From positions 1 to 62,696 of IMG/VR virus record IMGVR_UViG_3300021379_000628: a stretch of DNA of 62,696 bases. One strand, written 5' to 3'. This DNA comes from a virus. Taxonomy: Duplodnaviria > Caudoviricetes. This document shows, one piece after another, positions 10,297 to 20,253 of this stretch (position 1 is its first letter; each line of letters begins with the position of its first letter). A program made the position numbers and the translations under genes. Under the pieces are notes generated by a model. The model saw only the letters and a list, made by a program, of their open reading frames with translations, made no database searches and had not been told where the DNA came from.

Positions 10297-12720
10297 TTAA
10301 CGAGGTTCAAACTGCTCTAGTCCAAATCCTCCTAATGAATCAAAACCTGCGCTTTCAAAGTTTTTAGGTAGTTCATCATTTTTTCTTTGAGATATTAGTT
10401 CAGATTGCTGCGTAGCTTGTATTCTAGTGCGCTCGTCCTTTCTATCTTCTATATTTTTTAGTTTATCAGCTTCTGCTTTAGCTCTAGCTTGTGCGAGTTG
10501 AATATTATAATTAAACTCTTCAGCCATTAATTGCTTTTTAATCTCAGCCTCTGTTTGCATACGTTGTATTTCAAACTGAGATTTACCTTGCTCTATTTGT
10601 AATTGAGTTTCAGCTAAAGCTTGTTGTTTTTGCATTTCAGCTAAAGCAGCTTGTTCTGAGGCTTGAGCGTTTGCTTGTGCTTGAGCTTGAATATTAGCCA
10701 TTTGGGCTTGCTGATCTCTTTGTTGTTTTTGCTTACGTTTTATTTTAAGCAATTGATTAGCCAACTTAATGTTATTAATCTCTCTTAGATCTATTACATC
10801 TTCTAAATCAATTTGACCAGTTTGAAGAGCTACTTGTATATTTTGTTCCAATACTTGTTTGTCTTGCTCTTCTGGTTCTAATTCTAAGAAAATACCAAAC
10901 TCATGCATGTTTAGTTTTTCCATTTGCTCAAGCGTATTTACATTGAAAGTACTAATACTATTCATCAACGCTTGCTTTGTTAATGGGAAACTAACCATAT
11001 CCGCAGCTCTCAAGCTGATATTTTCAGCATTACGTACCGTTAAGTACATAAGAGACTGTAGTATGTGTTTTGTAGCTGTATTTGAAGCAGCTGCAGCAAG
11101 TTTTTGTAAACCAACTAAAGAATCTTTGCTAGGCTGACTACCGTCTCTAGCTTCATTTAGTCCCGTTACATCACGTATCATTTGTAAATAATATTGATAC
11201 GTCTGTGTAAGAGCTTGTATTTTAGCAATACCAGAAGATGATTGTAACTCTTGAATAGGTATCATACCTCTGTTACCATCACCATCTTGTGTCATACTTC
11301 TACCAACGATACTACCTGTTTGGAAATACATGTTAAGTGCTTCCTGCGGGTTGTATGTGGTACCATTACCAAGATCAACTTCAGCTAAACCGTCAACATC
11401 TACAAAAACACCATCAGGAACCATTCTAGATAATACCTGTTGTATTTTAAGATGCGTTAGTTGAATCATATCGGCAAAACCAATACATTTGCTTACTAAG
11501 CTTTCGATGCGTCCCTTATACATTCTAGGAGCAACGATATTGTAATTCATTCTAACCTTAGTCTGATCGCTATATGGACGAGTCATATTTTCAGCTAACT
11601 CCCATTTAAGCATTTTTTCGTGACCAAGTATTTTAGCACCGCTATATAAAACTTCTATAGCTCTATGAACTTTTTCAAAATTATCACTTTCTGGAGCATC
11701 TAAAAAAGTATCTGGTTTTTCTAAAGCTTTTTCTAAACCTTGTTCAGTATACTTAATTTTAAATACTTGATTATTATAAGTCTTATATTCAAAGAATAAA
11801 ACCTGAACTTGACTATAATCATCGTCATTTCCAGCAGCGTTCCTAGTATAATTAATATTACCTGGATATTTCTCTATTTCCTTTAATTCACTATCAGTTA
11901 AATAAGGAAATAACTTCTTAAGCTCTTCTAATGTAATACTTTTTACTTCGCCTACATAATATATATCTTCGAAGTTAGGATCTTCTGTATATGAATATAC
12001 TAAGTTCGCTGGATCTACATATTTAACTTCAATACCATTTGCTAGATTAAAATCAGTTTTACTAGCAGCTATACCAAGTACTGTTAAATCGTAAGCTAAT
12101 CGTTTCTTTGTTTCTTCGTATTTATTAAAACTAAATACATTTTCTATAAGTTCTTCTTCAGCTATTTCAATCGCTTGCTTGTAAGTAAGCTGCATGTGAA
12201 GCTCTAACTCTTCTTTGGTTGTTGGCAACTGATCTTCTGGTACATTACTTCTTTTTAAGTCTACACCAAGAAGATCTTTAGTTTGAGCCATTAAATCTTT
12301 TGCGAAAGCATCTTGTGCTATAGCTGTGGCATGTGCAGTTCTTTCTTTTGTTGCAAATGGATCTGTAGCAAATGAATTTATCTTATAACCTTTATCTGTC
12401 ATACCATTTACTACAATATCTACAAATTTAGATAAAACAGCAACTGGCTTCCAGTCTAAATTAAGATAAGACAAGTCACCATTAATAGACAACTCATCTT
12501 TATATTTTTGAACGTTTTGTTCACCTCTAGCGTAAAGTCTTAGCTGATGAAATCTTTGCCAGCTATTACCAAATCTACCACCTATATTAGTTCCTCTATC
12601 ACCTCTGAACCATTCATTCTCGATAGCTCTTCCTACAGCTAAGCCGTAGTCGTACGTTGATTTCTCTTCATCAGGTACTACCTGACTTGGGAAAGAACTG
12701 TTAACGTTAGTATAAATCAT
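10297..12720 (-). CDS. Portal protein
   Basis: 807 aa directly after TerL; Q/A-rich coiled-coil C-terminal barrel; VTGLNEARDG motif. Confidence 0.8.
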   Translation of the reverse strand: MIYTNVNSSFPSQVVPDEEKSTYDYGLAVGRAIENEWFRGDRGTNIGGRFGNSWQRFHQLRLYARGEQNVQKYKDELSINGDLSYLNLDWKPVAVLSKFVDIVVNGMTDKGYKINSFATDPFATKERTAHATAIAQDAFAKDLMAQTKDLLGVDLKRSNVPEDQLPTTKEELELHMQLTYKQAIEIAEEELIENVFSFNKYEETKKRLAYDLTVLGIAASKTDFNLANGIEVKYVDPANLVYSYTEDPNFEDIYYVGEVKSITLEELKKLFPYLTDSELKEIEKYPGNINYTRNAAGNDDDYSQVQVLFFEYKTYNNQVFKIKYTEQGLEKALEKPDTFLDAPESDNFEKVHRAIEVLYSGAKILGHEKMLKWELAENMTRPYSDQTKVRMNYNIVAPRMYKGRIESLVSKCIGFADMIQLTHLKIQQVLSRMVPDGVFVDVDGLAEVDLGNGTTYNPQEALNMYFQTGSIVGRSMTQDGDGNRGMIPIQELQSSSGIAKIQALTQTYQYYLQMIRDVTGLNEARDGSQPSKDSLVGLQKLAAAASNTATKHILQSLMYLTVRNAENISLRAADMVSFPLTKQALMNSISTFNVNTLEQMEKLNMHEFGIFLELEPEEQDKQVLEQNIQVALQTGQIDLEDVIDLREINNIKLANQLLKIKRKQKQQRDQQAQMANIQAQAQANAQASEQAALAEMQKQQALAETQLQIEQGKSQFEIQRMQTEAEIKKQLMAEEFNYNIQLAQARAKAEADKLKNIEDRKDERTRIQATQQSELISQRKNDELPKNFESAGFDSLGGFGLEQFEPR

Positions 12721-12723
12721 CTA

Positions 12724-14946
12724 TTATATTATTTTTGAACTATATCCACTGTTGTTATATTTCTTAAATGAAAGATTAACAGGTTGTTTTTTAATATTGT
12801 AAACTGGTGCGTATTTATTTTTATTACACGCCATGATAGCTAAGCCAGAGCTAATAGAAGCATCGTGCTTTGTTCTATTGTTTATATTAAACGCTGCCCA
12901 ATCTTCTAACGTTCTTTGAAAATACATTTGACCATAAGTATCATTATTAATACCAACGTGATCTTCGATGTAACTTTCAATAGCAGCCGCGTGAGCTTGT
13001 TTAATATCTTCTGAGGAGTTTGGTATACCTCCTATATCTTTTTCAGTAACTGATAGTTTGTTATAAACTTTATCAGGTCTATTTATTGAGAAGTTTCTAT
13101 AACCTCTTCTTTTTAAATAGTATAATAATCTAGGTTTGTTATTTTCTGCAAGTATTGGCATACCGTAAAAATGTAATGCCATAAGTACATCTTCAAAAAA
13201 TATTTCAGCGGTTTCAGGTCTTGCAATATATTCTAAGAAAAACATATTAGCTGGAGCATTTTCCATACTAAACTTTGTTAGTCCATGCAAAGATCCTTTT
13301 GAACCTCTTTTGTCAACAGTACCAGATATATCATAAGAGTCACAACCAAATGCTCCCACGTGTTCATTACCTGGATACTTTAACCCATTCTTTATTATCA
13401 CACGATTTTGCATTTCCGCAGGTGGAACCCAAGAAACTAAAAATCTACCGTTTTTATTTGGTACAAATCTTACTCTAGTATCTCTTGTTTCACCTTCCCA
13501 CTGAAAGCTTCCACGTGTAACTAATACTTGATTTTTTATATCTTCATTATAATCTATCTGTTCGTATATCTTAGTTAGATTAAATAAAGACTCTTTTGTT
13601 TCATCTCTAAACGCGTGTTTTTCTGTACGCGGAAATTGACGATAATACTCATTTAAACCGTCTTGGTCGTTTTTAAGACCATCTACCTCGTTTTCCCAAT
13701 GTTCTATAACACCAACTCTTATTAAATCTCCGTTGGCATCTCTGACTGTTCCTGTTGGTGTTTCGAATACAGGGTATCCATAAGCATCAATGAATCCCTC
13801 GTAATTCCACTCCATAGGTATAAACAAAGAGTATAATCCCGAAGCAGTCTGTCCATTGCGGTTGCGTTTAGTAACGTCTGAATCTTCGTATAATTTTTTA
13901 AAGTTTGCCCCACCTTTATCTAATGCGTTAGAGGTCGAGCCCATCATACATTTTCCAACTACTCTAGCACCAAGTCTTAATGTAGTTTTTGTTACTCGCC
14001 AGTTATTTAATATATTGTCGGGTTTTTCCCATTTTCCACTTTCGTCGTGAACAAGGAGCTTAAGCTTTTCACCGTCGTAGCTGTTGTCCCCTGTGTTTTT
14101 CCAGTCGATGGTTGTATCAAGTCCTTCAAGCTGTTCAGCTGCTTCTCCATCATCAAACTTTCTTCTAGTAAGTTTAGACGCTGGTATTCTGTAAGCAAGC
14201 TCTGTCTTTGGGCGATCCATTCCGTCCTGTATTGGTTTGAAAAAGAACGGGTAGTTAATCGATATTGGTACAACTTTATCGGTAAACATTTTCTTTGCAT
14301 CAGCTCCAGTCTTCGATAATATGCCAAATCTAGAGTCGCTTGATATTGTCGCTTGGTTAACTGTTTCTCCAGACGCCATAAAGGAGAAACCAGACCGTCT
14401 GTTTTTGAGGTAGCACATACCATAACATCTTTGGTCTGCTTTGCAAGCCTCCCAGAATATAAAGAATAATCTGTTTGATTCCCTATAATCTGGTGCCCCA
14501 ACATCAATTTTGGACCACTGCAAGTACATGTAATGAGTACCAGTAATGTAAGTTGGAGTACCGTTGTTATAAAACCAAAAACCTTCATCTCTTTTAGTAA
14601 ACTCATTATCTATGTAATCATACCATTTTTCCTTAAAACTTAATGGAAATCTTTCCCACTCAAATCTACTTTTAATTTTATCTAACTCTTGTGGGTAATC
14701 AAGTTTTTGCCACATTTGCTCTTCTTGTTTATCAGAGCAAGCGTATACATTTTCAGGAATAGCTGGTAAAGCTATAGTTAAATTTTGTATTTCTATAATC
14801 TCACCTATAGTGCCGTCTTTACTAATAATAACTACATCATGCTCGGGATCATATCCATACTCCCATTTTTTGTATCTATTATTCTTTTTTAGTATAGATG
14901 GTTTAATGTGGTCATGTACTGTTCTTACTAAAGTTTGTTCGTACAT
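12724..14946 (-). CDS. terL: Terminase large subunit
   Basis: Walker A LKNRRSGFS, Walker B LLVHDESGK, GSTSN motif, nuclease acidic residues (GCDSYD...HDASISSG). Confidence 0.9.
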   Translation of the reverse strand: MYEQTLVRTVHDHIKPSILKKNNRYKKWEYGYDPEHDVVIISKDGTIGEIIEIQNLTIALPAIPENVYACSDKQEEQMWQKLDYPQELDKIKSRFEWERFPLSFKEKWYDYIDNEFTKRDEGFWFYNNGTPTYITGTHYMYLQWSKIDVGAPDYRESNRLFFIFWEACKADQRCYGMCYLKNRRSGFSFMASGETVNQATISSDSRFGILSKTGADAKKMFTDKVVPISINYPFFFKPIQDGMDRPKTELAYRIPASKLTRRKFDDGEAAEQLEGLDTTIDWKNTGDNSYDGEKLKLLVHDESGKWEKPDNILNNWRVTKTTLRLGARVVGKCMMGSTSNALDKGGANFKKLYEDSDVTKRNRNGQTASGLYSLFIPMEWNYEGFIDAYGYPVFETPTGTVRDANGDLIRVGVIEHWENEVDGLKNDQDGLNEYYRQFPRTEKHAFRDETKESLFNLTKIYEQIDYNEDIKNQVLVTRGSFQWEGETRDTRVRFVPNKNGRFLVSWVPPAEMQNRVIIKNGLKYPGNEHVGAFGCDSYDISGTVDKRGSKGSLHGLTKFSMENAPANMFFLEYIARPETAEIFFEDVLMALHFYGMPILAENNKPRLLYYLKRRGYRNFSINRPDKVYNKLSVTEKDIGGIPNSSEDIKQAHAAAIESYIEDHVGINNDTYGQMYFQRTLEDWAAFNINNRTKHDASISSGLAIMACNKNKYAPVYNIKKQPVNLSFKKYNNSGYSSKII

Positions 14947-15221
14947 TACTTAGATCTTCCTTCAGCAAAACCTCTAAACGTTTTTTGTTCAGTTTTATTG
15001 TCTTCAGATTTCAAGGTATTCTCCTCTTCTTCGATACGCATCAATATTTCAAAAGCATCGAATATAGCTAGCTTTTTAGTTGCAGCAGCGTTTTTAAGTC
15101 TATCAGCAGAAACATCATCATCAGTGTTTGTAATAATTTTCTCTTCTGCTACTTTGATAAGCTCATCTACTGCTTTCCGCCCAGCTTGGATTATATTCTT
15201 CCTCGTTTCCTTTGAACTCAT
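14946..15221 (-). CDS. Candidate terminase small subunit
   Basis: Small helical protein translationally coupled directly upstream of terL. Confidence 0.4.
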   Translation of the reverse strand: MSSKETRKNIIQAGRKAVDELIKVAEEKIITNTDDDVSADRLKNAAATKKLAIFDAFEILMRIEEEENTLKSEDNKTEQKTFRGFAEGRSK

Positions 15222-15771
15222 GTTTCACTAATATATCATTTGATTCCATACAATAAAGTCTTTGACCGTCGATCAAAAACTCAAATTCCCTGTTAGATTT
15301 AAAGCCAACTAGATCACCCTCGTTTATTTCTAGCGTCTCTAGTGTCTTATTACCAATCTTGACTATACCTATGTTCTTTCTTTCTTTTTCTAATGACCAG
15401 GGATCATTATTTTTTATAGGCATTACAAAGCATCTTTCGCCTATTGTTTTCCAACTATCACCGTCTTTGCGAGCATATATTTGATCTATACCGCAAACAA
15501 ACTCATTATCGTTAAATAGTCTACTACTATCTTTTTGTACGCCTTGGTGGTTATAATATCTTCTAAAAACATTATGGTGAATAATTATTGTATCACCTTT
15601 TTTTATATCTGTTTTAAAAGCTGTTGGTGTTGCTATTACAATCGCTTCTCTACTTACAAACTTATGATCTTCTATACCAGAGTTTAAAATAAGATTGTTT
15701 CCATCTATGGAAACTTCGTTGTCATATCGTTTGTTTGAAGGTTTTATTATAAAGTCAAAAACGCTTCTCAT
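15163..15771 (-). CDS. Tandem GroES-like (two-domain co-chaperonin-like) protein
   Basis: Two GroES-like repeats: FIIKP..LIL..AIVIA..IKKGDTIII and CFVMP..GIVKIG..INEGDLVGF..EFLIDGQRLYCMESNDIL. Confidence 0.55.
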   Translation of the reverse strand: MRSVFDFIIKPSNKRYDNEVSIDGNNLILNSGIEDHKFVSREAIVIATPTAFKTDIKKGDTIIIHHNVFRRYYNHQGVQKDSSRLFNDNEFVCGIDQIYARKDGDSWKTIGERCFVMPIKNNDPWSLEKERKNIGIVKIGNKTLETLEINEGDLVGFKSNREFEFLIDGQRLYCMESNDILVKHEFKGNEEEYNPSWAESSR

Positions 15772-15998
15772 TAATATTCTAAATCATATTCAACGGATAC
15801 CGCCATGTTAGAATTAAATTTCTTCCATGGCAATACCTCGCCGTTTTTCTTTATAAATATGTTATAAGAACCGTCTTGGTCTTCAAATAATATATGCGAT
15901 ATTTCATGACCGCCGTAAACCTGTTGGCCTAACGCATAGTGCATCGCATCATTTTTATAATCAGAGCCAATACTGATTTTTCTTATAACAGCAGACAT
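15771..15998 (-). CDS. Hypothetical protein
   Basis: 75-aa coupled ORF. Confidence 0.6.
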   Translation of the reverse strand: MSAVIRKISIGSDYKNDAMHYALGQQVYGGHEISHILFEDQDGSYNIFIKKNGEVLPWKKFNSNMAVSVEYDLEY

Positions 15999-16243
15999 TA
16001 CTCAGATTTTTCTTCAGCTTTAATTTCTTCGTATTCACCAGTTTCTAGGTTAATACTAATAGAACCGTATTTGTCCTCTAAAGCTTTTTTAGTTTCCTCA
16101 AGCCTACCGTTCATATCAGCAACTTGATGTAATAGTGAATGTTTCTGAGTTTCTAAAACTCCGATATTAGCAACCGCGTTATTTAATTCCGCCTGTTGTT
16201 TTTTGATAAGTTCAAGCTCTTCAGCTGTAATTGAATTTGCCAT
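15998..16243 (-). CDS. Hypothetical coiled-coil protein
   Basis: 81-aa ORF ending in KYGSISINLETGEY. Confidence 0.6.
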   Translation of the reverse strand: MANSITAEELELIKKQQAELNNAVANIGVLETQKHSLLHQVADMNGRLEETKKALEDKYGSISINLETGEYEEIKAEEKSE

Positions 16244-16284
16244 TTAATTTAATTTAAGTTAATTTACTATTTTATAGTCACTTA

Positions 16285-16731
16285 TTAATCTTTGTTTTTC
16301 CTTATTGCAGAGCCAAAGAAGTAACCAAATATAGAAAGTACAATACCTTCACATATACCAATTAAGTGTATCCATACTTCTTGATTATTTTCTGGTATTT
16401 CTAAATACACAATAGCGTATATAATAAACGCAAAAGCCGCTAAGCCAGTCAAACCGGTTAGGTTAAACATTAAATCAAACCCACCAGTTTTAGCTTTTTC
16501 TACTTCACGTTTTCTTGCTGAATCACGATCTGCAACTTCAAGCTCGTATAATTGTACAAGCTCTTGATGCATCTGCGCTTTCTCTTCAGGTGTAATTTTA
16601 GGATCGTTATCTATAAGATTTTTAACTACACCTAAAACTCCACTATCAGGTAATGTACCAGCAACAAAGCCAGGAAGCTTATCTAATATAAACTTCCCAA
16701 CTTTAGTTTCTTTAAAAGGTTTTTTTGGCAT
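16285..16731 (-). CDS. Putative holin
   Basis: DRDSARKRE followed by two hydrophobic helices and YFFGSA, a pattern of 3TM/GTA-type holins. Confidence 0.6.
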   Translation of the reverse strand: MPKKPFKETKVGKFILDKLPGFVAGTLPDSGVLGVVKNLIDNDPKITPEEKAQMHQELVQLYELEVADRDSARKREVEKAKTGGFDLMFNLTGLTGLAAFAFIIYAIVYLEIPENNQEVWIHLIGICEGIVLSIFGYFFGSAIRKNKD

Positions 16732-17117
16732 TATTTATCTACAGTTACTTTAAGGTATGTTTTGCCTATTTTTTCAGATGGGATAGCACCTTTGTATTTT
16801 ATATGTTTAGCAGCTGGGTTTTCTTTTTCCATGATTCTAGTTAGTTTGCGCCCAGCTCCTTTTATTTCCTTACCTTCAATATCTCTAACAGTTGGATAAC
16901 TAATACCATAACCATGGTCTCCAAATTTTATAGGCTCAGAACTAACTTTCCTAACTGTTCCTGTTACACCTGGAGCATCCGCTTTAAAATCTTCTGGAGC
17001 ACCAGGGTCTTGAAATGGTTGTGGTTTTTTATCAGGATCTAAATGTAAAGCTGACATATATCCAACAGCTTTATTTTTCATTTGTACTGGCGCGAAATTT
17101 TTAGGTTGTTTAGCCAT
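16731..17117 (-). CDS. Small Lys-rich hypothetical protein
   Basis: 128 aa; APVQMK and SALHLDP motifs shared with neighbours. Confidence 0.55.
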   Translation of the reverse strand: MAKQPKNFAPVQMKNKAVGYMSALHLDPDKKPQPFQDPGAPEDFKADAPGVTGTVRKVSSEPIKFGDHGYGISYPTVRDIEGKEIKGAGRKLTRIMEKENPAAKHIKYKGAIPSEKIGKTYLKVTVDK

Positions 17118-17149
17118 TTTGTTTTTTTATTATTAATACTTAATTAAAA

Positions 17150-17515
17150 CTAAGAGCTATAAACTCTCAATACGTTACCAACTATTTTAGCACCACCACG
17201 ACCTCTTTCTTTTATAGCCGCTTTAAGCACGTTTTCTTTTTGAGATTGACTAACATTTTCTCCAAAAGTAAATTCTTTACCTTGTCTCTTCCCACTTGGA
17301 TCTTGAAATTGAGATCCTGGTGTTATGTATCCAACATCTTGATATTTACCTAAAAATTTACCTTTTTTTTGTGCTGGTAGATCTACATTAGATAAGCTTA
17401 CTTCTTTAGTTTCTTCTTTTTCTCCAGTTGGGTCTAAATAAGCAGCGGAATCTTTCATCATTAAAGATCCTTTGCCATGTTTTTTAACCATTTTGTTTGG
17501 TGAATTGTATGCCAT
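17150..17515 (-). CDS. Small Lys-rich hypothetical protein
   Basis: 121 aa; SPNKM and SAAYLDP motifs. Confidence 0.55.
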   Translation of the reverse strand: MAYNSPNKMVKKHGKGSLMMKDSAAYLDPTGEKEETKEVSLSNVDLPAQKKGKFLGKYQDVGYITPGSQFQDPSGKRQGKEFTFGENVSQSQKENVLKAAIKERGRGGAKIVGNVLRVYSS

Positions 17516-17523
17516 TTTTTAAA

Positions 17524-17844
17524 TTATTTAAATTGTTTATTAACTTTCCAAGCTTCTTTTTCCCAAGGCAAGTTTTTTGCCCCTTCTTTTATACTAGATC
17601 TAGGTATTACTTTACCTTTCCAATATACATTATCATCATCGTAATCAAGATCACCTCTACGCATTTGGTTTATATGAACCATCTCGTGAGCAATAATCTC
17701 TTTCTGCATTTCAACAGGAGCGTCTTTATTTACAATAATAGTACCGTTATTATTAGCTTTGCCTAGCACACCATTTTCCATATCAACTTGATATATAGGA
17801 GTAGGTTCTACTGAATATGGTGGATTTGTTAGTTTAAAAGCCAT
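17524..17844 (-). CDS. Small zincin-type metallopeptidase
   Basis: AHEMVH (HExxH) plus downstream PWEKEA Glu ligand. Confidence 0.7.
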   Translation of the reverse strand: MAFKLTNPPYSVEPTPIYQVDMENGVLGKANNNGTIIVNKDAPVEMQKEIIAHEMVHINQMRRGDLDYDDDNVYWKGKVIPRSSIKEGAKNLPWEKEAWKVNKQFK

Positions 17845-17999
17845 TATTGTTTGTATGGGAATTTATCGTTAAACCAAGCTTGTCTATTAGCACAACCGCA
17901 TGGTATATTAAGACCTTCTGAAACTTTATCAACTATAGATTTAATACCTGTAGCTTTGGTAAATTTCGCTATATCGTCTCCTAAACCTTTTGATTTCAT
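17844..17999 (-). CDS. 51-aa hypothetical protein (below the ORF-track cutoff)
   Basis: MKSKGLGDDIAKFTKATGIK...CGC..RQAWFN; start and stop overlap both neighbours. Confidence 0.7.
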   Translation of the reverse strand: MKSKGLGDDIAKFTKATGIKSIVDKVSEGLNIPCGCANRQAWFNDKFPYKQ

Positions 18000-18274
18000 T
18001 ACCACTTAACTTTATCAGCCCAATATGCGGCTGACATTTTACCTTTCTTAATATTCTTAGCATGACGTGCTTTGAAACTAGCACGCTTAGCTTTCATTTT
18101 GTCAGACTCACCTGCTTTTGGTTTACCAGCTGTTTTAGCACCTTGCTCACCAAATCTAATGAGTTTTTCTACTCCACCAGAGCAAGCCTTAACAATATGA
18201 GACTTTTTAGGGTGGTTAGGTGTTCTACGAGGCGTATTACACTTTAGACTTTTTTTGTCTACCCTAGCAGCCAT
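17999..18274 (-). CDS. Small basic phage protein (DUF6321-like)
   Basis: IRFG...RASFKARH...SAAYWA..KW pattern. Confidence 0.55.
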   Translation of the reverse strand: MAARVDKKSLKCNTPRRTPNHPKKSHIVKACSGGVEKLIRFGEQGAKTAGKPKAGESDKMKAKRASFKARHAKNIKKGKMSAAYWADKVKW

Positions 18275-18275
18275 G

Positions 18276-18482
18276 TTAAGATCTTTGTTTAGCTATTTCA
18301 GTGATAGGTAGACCAGATACTGGATCGCAAGGGTATTTTTTAATTTGCATTCCGTTTTTACCAGAGCTACTACCTTTACCCATTGGGAAACCAGTTACAT
18401 CTAAAGGCCCGTCCCATAAATGAGATTCACCTACTTGACCTTCAAGATATGGTTTGTCGATAATTGATTTACGTTTATCCAT
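18276..18482 (-). CDS. Hypothetical protein
   Basis: 68-aa ORF in the operon. Confidence 0.55.
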   Translation of the reverse strand: MDKRKSIIDKPYLEGQVGESHLWDGPLDVTGFPMGKGSSSGKNGMQIKKYPCDPVSGLPITEIAKQRS

Positions 18483-18492
18483 GTTTGTGTAT

Positions 18493-18810
18493 TTATTTTT
18501 TATAACCTTCTATACGAGCTTTTATAACGTCAGCTTGTGTTATTTTCCCATCACCCGTTTGATCTTTAAAGAACACAGGAGCATCGGGCATAGACATTTG
18601 TCTTTGCTCTGTAGTTCCAAATATACTTTCAGCTGAAGCTTGCGCCATTGGATTAAACAATGGTTTAGCATTACCTTTTTGATTGCTTTGAAGAGGTAAG
18701 TCTTTTGTTACTTGAGGATCTAATCCCACTGATGCCATTTCTGGGTCAATCATATGATTTGGTGATCCACACATACAAGCTACTGAACCACATTTACTAC
18801 ATTTTGCCAT
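18493..18810 (-). CDS. Hypothetical protein with N-terminal CxxC..CxC and C-terminal dockerin/EF-hand-like DQTGDGKITQADV
   Basis: Motifs visible in the translation. Confidence 0.55.
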   Translation of the reverse strand: MAKCSKCGSVACMCGSPNHMIDPEMASVGLDPQVTKDLPLQSNQKGNAKPLFNPMAQASAESIFGTTEQRQMSMPDAPVFFKDQTGDGKITQADVIKARIEGYKK

Positions 18811-18816
18811 AATTAT

Positions 18817-19545
18817 TTATCTTTTAACAGATCTGTCTCTAGATTCTTTTTCACCAAAAACTCCTAAGTTAGCTTTCATTTGAGCTGGAGTAATTGTAAA
18901 TGTTTGTCCTTCAAAAGGATTTGTTCCACTAGCAGCGGGAGCAGTACCAGTAGTATCAATTGGAGCTTGAGCAGCTACAGTACCAGCTTCAGCAGGAGCA
19001 GCGCCAACAGCGGTCTCCATACCGAAATCTCCTAACGACTGCCTTCTTTTTATTTCTTTTTCATAAATGCCAGCTATTGGTCTAAAAAAACCACCTCTTC
19101 CAGACATTTGATCGTATTTAGCTCTTAAATCAGCATCAGACATACTTCTAAAATCAAGTTGATTAGGAGAACCTTTACCAACTTGCATAGCAAAAGCAGA
19201 ATCAGGCTGTACAACTTCTATTTCACCAGGTTTAAAATCTTTAAATTTATTAAGCTTAACGCTAACGTCTTCAAAAGCATTATCAGAAGAATTTGTTTTT
19301 AACTCTTCTTCAATAGCTTCTTCATTTATTTTTGGCTCTTCCTTTGGCTTTTCCTTTGGCTTTTCTTTTTTAACCTCATCTTTCTTAGCTTCAGCGTAAG
19401 TAGTTATGAAGTTGTTAACACCTGATTGTATGCCAGCACCTAAAATTTCAGCGCTCCTGTCTATAATTGTAGCAGGGTTTCTATAGTTACCACCTTGCAC
19501 CTTATCGGGTTGCGCTAAGTGGAATGGTGTCATTTTAAAAGCCAT
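18817..19545 (-). CDS. Hypothetical low-complexity protein, possibly capsid-internal
   Basis: Shares YRNPxxIxDRSAE with the N-terminus of 58701..60413. Confidence 0.55.
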   Translation of the reverse strand: MAFKMTPFHLAQPDKVQGGNYRNPATIIDRSAEILGAGIQSGVNNFITTYAEAKKDEVKKEKPKEKPKEEPKINEEAIEEELKTNSSDNAFEDVSVKLNKFKDFKPGEIEVVQPDSAFAMQVGKGSPNQLDFRSMSDADLRAKYDQMSGRGGFFRPIAGIYEKEIKRRQSLGDFGMETAVGAAPAEAGTVAAQAPIDTTGTAPAASGTNPFEGQTFTITPAQMKANLGVFGEKESRDRSVKR

Positions 19546-19546
19546 A

Positions 19547-19987
19547 TTATCTATTTTTATCGCTATTTACGTTTTTTATGGAAGTTATTAAAACTTTATC
19601 TATATAACTCCCACCTTTCATTATTTTATTTCGTCTAGTGCTAGTTGGTATATCTTCTTCACCAAGCATTATCCTATATACTCTTTGTATAAGTTGCTTG
19701 CATTTAAATGAAACTTGATATACATTAAATCTTCCTTCTTGTTCTCTAGTCTTAAATACAACTATCCAACCTTCTTTAAGCAATCTATTCCATCTTCTAT
19801 TGTCCCAACTATACGAATAAGACCCTAACTCAAAATCTCTTTTACTAAACAATCCTAGACAATCTAAATAGATTAATAGTTCAAGATCAGCATCGTTAAG
19901 CCCATTGTTCTTACAAGCCCACTTCCTTATTATACGATAGTGTTTTAATAAGTTAAGGTCTTTTATATCGCTAGCACTTAATCTCAT
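19547..19987 (-). CDS. Putative winged-helix (MarR-like) DNA-binding protein
   Basis: LNDADLELLIYL...RLLKEGWI...YQVSFK pattern. Confidence 0.45.
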   Translation of the reverse strand: MRLSASDIKDLNLLKHYRIIRKWACKNNGLNDADLELLIYLDCLGLFSKRDFELGSYSYSWDNRRWNRLLKEGWIVVFKTREQEGRFNVYQVSFKCKQLIQRVYRIMLGEEDIPTSTRRNKIMKGGSYIDKVLITSIKNVNSDKNR

Positions 19988-20253
19988 AAAACAACTACAA
20001 CGTCGTGATTTGTAATAACATGATAAACTTCTTTATCAATCTCTAATCTGTGAGCGTGTGTTCTATCGAAATAAACGGTATCACCTTCTTTAATACCTTG
20101 AACGTCACTACCACAGTTTAGAACTTTAGCTTGTTTATATCTAACATCAACTCTTTGTGAGTTAGCAAGCATAAGACCTCCATCAGTTTTTTTGATGTTA
20201 TCTTCTTTTTCTATTTCTATAACTATATTTCTACCTATTGCTTTCATCACCAA
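19984..20253 (-). CDS. groES: Co-chaperonin GroES (start possibly at ATG 20247)
   Basis: KTDGGLML mobile loop, IKEGDTVYF, adjacent to groEL. Confidence 0.85.
   Translation of the reverse strand: MVMKAIGRNIVIEIEKEDNIKKTDGGLMLANSQRVDVRYKQAKVLNCGSDVQGIKEGDTVYFDRTHAHRLEIDKEVYHVITNHDVVVVL

Noticed and set aside
19330-19372. 12-nt tandem repeat (KEKP/KEEP)
   Set aside because: Ordinary low-complexity coding repeat.
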